Assembly: GCA_039586795.1 (NCBI GenBank)
Contig: JBDHJS010000058.1
Location: 1 to 18,523, forward strand
Direction of reading: 5' to 3'
DNA length: 18,523 bases
Source of the DNA: Gemmatimonadota bacterium
Lineage (GTDB): Bacteria > Gemmatimonadota > Gemmatimonadetes > Palauibacterales > KS3-K002
Shown: positions 15,981 to 18,523 of the stretch, in pieces
Layout of the letters: the number at the start of each line of letters is the position of its first letter
Numbering within the stretch: position 1 is the first letter of the stretch
Made by a program: the position numbers and the translations under genes
The notes under the pieces: generated by a model
The model's input: the letters and a program-made list of their open reading frames with translations, nothing else
Databases searched by the model: none
Told to the model about the DNA's origin: nothing

Positions 15981-16739
15981 CTACCCTCCACCCGCCGGCA
16001 TCGAGAACAGGGCATCATCGATCTCAACGTTCAGCTCAACTGTCGTGAAGGTTACAGTCCTTCCACCGCCACCCCGCCCTTGGCCGCGGCCACTCCCGCC
16101 GCTGGCCTGAACAGAGTGGGCGATCAACAGCCCATCGACTTCCTTGTAGTCGCTGAGGGTAGTGGCGAACTCCATTATGTTACCCTGGATCTCCCGGCTC
16201 CCCTCGATGCGGATCGGCACGAAGTAGTCAGCGTCGAGGTAGTAGTACACCACGTCGCCTCCCGCCAGCGTGACCTTGAGCTTGTAGGCCGTGGTGCCCT
16301 CCGTTTCCGCCAGCCCCTCCAACTCTAACTGGTGGCCCGCCTCCTCCCAACCGACGAGCACACCGTCGATGTCGGCATCCTGTCGCAGCCCGCGGGCTTG
16401 CCTGTCCTCAATAGCCTCGGGTTCACCGCTACCCCGCATGGGCATGATCCGCCAGCCGGTTTGCCCGTCGTAAGCCTGGACTACCGTGTTGCCCTGGATC
16501 TCGAACTCGACACGGATCTTGTCCGGCCGCTTCACCCAGCGCGTGAAGCTCGGCTGCATCCCGCGGCCCATCGACATGGTGCCGCTGATCTTCATCGACT
16601 CCACCGCTTTCCAAGCTTCGAGACCGCCGATCGCCTCGTAGTAGCTGTCCAGCAGCTGATCGAGGGTCATCTCCTGTGCTGGCGCGGTCAGCGGCATGAG
16701 GACGCCGGCTAGGACAAATACGGCTGCTTTCTTCAGCAT
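15981..16739 (-). CDS. LolA-like periplasmic protein (paralogue 3, more divergent)
   Basis: AGGAGG RBS and signal peptide (APA-Q). Motifs YYEAIGGLEAWKAVES, KRPDKIRVE, AYDGQTGW, YYLDADYFVP and SDYKEVDGLLIAH, plus a Gly/Arg-rich loop near the C-terminus. Confidence 0.78.
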   Translation of the reverse strand: MLKKAAVFVLAGVLMPLTAPAQEMTLDQLLDSYYEAIGGLEAWKAVESMKISGTMSMGRGMQPSFTRWVKRPDKIRVEFEIQGNTVVQAYDGQTGWRIMPMRGSGEPEAIEDRQARGLRQDADIDGVLVGWEEAGHQLELEGLAETEGTTAYKLKVTLAGGDVVYYYLDADYFVPIRIEGSREIQGNIMEFATTLSDYKEVDGLLIAHSVQASGGSGRGQGRGGGGRTVTFTTVELNVEIDDALFSMPAGGG

Positions 16740-16896
16740 CGCGTGCCTCCTGGTGGTACCGAGTTACCCTAAAGACAGCCCAACACCGCCGGACGTTGAG
16801 CGTCATGCAACCCTTTCCTGCGAAGCTCCATCCTAGTAATGGACCGCGTTCCTGACGAATATGCCGTCACCATAAACCGCTTGACCTAGCCGGCGG

Positions 16897-16932
16897 ATGC
16901 TACAATTTTAGCAGTTGCTAAAAATATAGCAT
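16897..16932. promoter_or_regulatory. 36-bp AT-rich palindrome (two tandem TGCTA-N6-TAGCA boxes) overlapping an extended -10 element (TGcTACAAT)
   Basis: ATGCTACAATTTTAGCA-GT-TGCTAAAAATATAGCAT, with 15 of 17 arm positions complementary. It lies in the divergent intergenic region, 38 nt before the ATG at 16971. Confidence 0.7.
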
Positions 16933-16970
16933 CACAGCGGTGGGCGGACTGCCAATCGGAGCCTGGACCC

Positions 16971-18272
16971 ATGACAGCAAGCACGACATCACAGAACCGT
17001 CATTCGCTCGCGTCTATCTTGACCCTGCTCGCAGGCCTGGCGGCTTGCGCCGGCCAGGACGGTCCCGCGGCCCACGACTGGAAGGTCGTTCACGATACCG
17101 CCGGCGACACGGTCATCGTGCGGACTGTGAGCGGAAGCGTCTGGGGAGACACGGCGCGCCTGGTCGCCGACCTGACGATCGGGACGTTCGATGGCCCCGA
17201 CGAGTACATGTTCGGCCAGCTGCGCTCCCTGGCGGTGGCGCCGGACGGCACCATCTACGCGTACGACAGCCACGCGAAGGCGCTCCGCAAGTATGCGCCT
17301 GACGGGACATATGTAGCGAAGCTTGGGCGAGAAGGAGGTGGGCCTGGCGAGTACAATCGGCCCGACGGAGGCCTGGCGGTACTCTCGGACGGCCGAGTCG
17401 TTATCCGCGACCCGGGCAACGCCCGGCTGACCGTTTACGGAGCGGACGGGGAGTTCCTGGATACCTGGAGGATCCGCGGGAACTTCAATACGTCACGCCG
17501 GATGTACCTGGATGGCGCCGACAACGTCTACCCGATGATCCTGCTCGACCCCGCCGCCGACGTGACAGATTGGACCTACGGTCTGGTGACCGTCTCGAGC
17601 AGCGGGGAGATCGGCGATACGATAGCTGCCCCCGTCTATGACTACGAGCCCCCGTCTCTCGTCGCGCGCCGCGAGGGAAGCACCAGCATGAACTCCGTCC
17701 CGTTCACTCCCGATCAAGAATGGACGTATAGCCCTCTGGGTTACATGGTGGGCGCGCTGGCGACGAGTTACGCCATCGATTTGTTCCTGGCGCCCGATCG
17801 CGTGCTGCGCATCGAGCGCGCTAGCTGGGAGCCCGTGCCCGTCCTGGCCGCCGAGAAGGCAGAGCGCGAGGAGAGGGCCACGGCCAACATGCGCAACACG
17901 CAACCCAACTGGAAGTGGAACGGGCCGCCGATCCCGGACACCAAGCCGCCGTTCTCGGGCGTCTCCGTGGGGGAGCGCGGCCGTATCTGGGTGAGGCTGC
18001 ATCAGGAGGCGTATCAGATCGAAGACGACACCGACCCGGCGGACCTGGAGCCGAATGCCATGCCTCCTCAGACCTGGTTCGAGCCAGTGGCTTTTGATGT
18101 CTTCGAGCCCGACGGACGCTACCTGGGGATGGTCCGGGGACCGGAAGGGTTCGCGACCTGGCCCTATCCGGTAATGCGCGGCGACACCATCTGGGCCGTG
18201 CAGGAAGACGAGCTAGAGGTCCAGTACATCGTTCGCTTCATCATCACACACGAGGTAGAGGCAACCAACTGA
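16971..18272 (+). CDS. 6-bladed beta-propeller (NHL-like) lipoprotein
   Basis: Lipobox LAAC. NHL-type repeats IG..DGPDEYMFG, LAVAPDGTIY.YD, GREGGGPGEY..P and DPGNARLTVY..DG, and a C-terminal FDVFEPDGRYLG. Confidence 0.85.
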   Translation: MTASTTSQNRHSLASILTLLAGLAACAGQDGPAAHDWKVVHDTAGDTVIVRTVSGSVWGDTARLVADLTIGTFDGPDEYMFGQLRSLAVAPDGTIYAYDSHAKALRKYAPDGTYVAKLGREGGGPGEYNRPDGGLAVLSDGRVVIRDPGNARLTVYGADGEFLDTWRIRGNFNTSRRMYLDGADNVYPMILLDPAADVTDWTYGLVTVSSSGEIGDTIAAPVYDYEPPSLVARREGSTSMNSVPFTPDQEWTYSPLGYMVGALATSYAIDLFLAPDRVLRIERASWEPVPVLAAEKAEREERATANMRNTQPNWKWNGPPIPDTKPPFSGVSVGERGRIWVRLHQEAYQIEDDTDPADLEPNAMPPQTWFEPVAFDVFEPDGRYLGMVRGPEGFATWPYPVMRGDTIWAVQEDELEVQYIVRFIITHEVEATN

Positions 18273-18306
18273 TCACCGCCGGTGATCTCCTTGAAAGGAA
18301 TGCATC

Positions 18307-18523
18307 GTGGGCAAGACGACATGGGGTGGCGGCATCCGCGCGATTTTGTACATCGCGATGTGCGGAGCTCTGGCTGCTTGTACCGGAACCGAGACCTCGG
18401 ACGCGCCGACGTGGGAAGCCACCCACGACACGATCGGCGACACGGTCGTCGTCAGGACCATGGGTGGCAGCCTGTGGGGAGACACGGCCCGCCTGGAGCC
18501 CGAAGTGACGATCGGCGAGCTGG
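18307..18523 (+). CDS. Second 6-bladed beta-propeller lipoprotein paralogue, 5' part only (runs off window)
   Basis: GAAAGGA RBS at 18293-18299, then GTG at 18307: MGKTTWGGGIRAILYIAMCGALAACTGTETSDAPTWEATHDTIGDTVVVRTMGGSLWGDTARLEPEVTIGEL. It has an LAAC lipobox and clear similarity to the upstream gene (HDTAGDTVIVRTVSGSVWGDTARL). Not in the ORF track. Confidence 0.85.
   Translation, partial: MGKTTWGGGIRAILYIAMCGALAACTGTETSDAPTWEATHDTIGDTVVVRTMGGSLWGDTARLEPEVTIGEL

Noticed and set aside
16881..16906. Canonical sigma70 promoter TTGACC / TACAAT
   Set aside because: The spacer is only 14 nt, so an extended -10 (TGcTACAAT) is the better reading.
16906..16923. CIRCE (HrcA) element
   Set aside because: TTAGCA..TGCTAA ends are present, but CIRCE needs TTAGCACTC-N9-GAGTGCTAA. 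Here only 2 nt separate the half-sites.

Overview
GC-rich bacterial window with two gene clusters. The expanded 6-bladed-propeller lipoproteins, Asp-box/VPS10-like protein and LolA-like paralogues resemble Gemmatimonadota or Acidobacteriota, but this taxonomy is inference. The left half is a probable mannoside-utilisation locus: a sodium:solute symporter transcribed divergently from three Tat-exported glycosidases. These are a GH92 alpha-mannosidase with a ~285-aa in-frame insertion, a GH125 exo-alpha-1,6-mannosidase and a large uncharacterised clan GH-A (GH42/GH5-like) enzyme. The right half is a minus-strand run of three LolA-like periplasmic proteins, a 1036-aa Asp-box/VPS10-like double-propeller protein and a sugar-phosphate nucleotidyltransferase. 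It is divergent from tandem 6-bladed beta-propeller lipoproteins. Non-coding structure includes two inverted-repeat elements built from simple repeats (7-mer and 6-mer), conserved hairpins with the stop codon in the loop, an ECF-type promoter and a 36-bp AT-rich double operator. No rRNA, tRNA, CRISPR array, transposase or integrase was seen. All family calls come from motif recognition by eye; no database searches were run.
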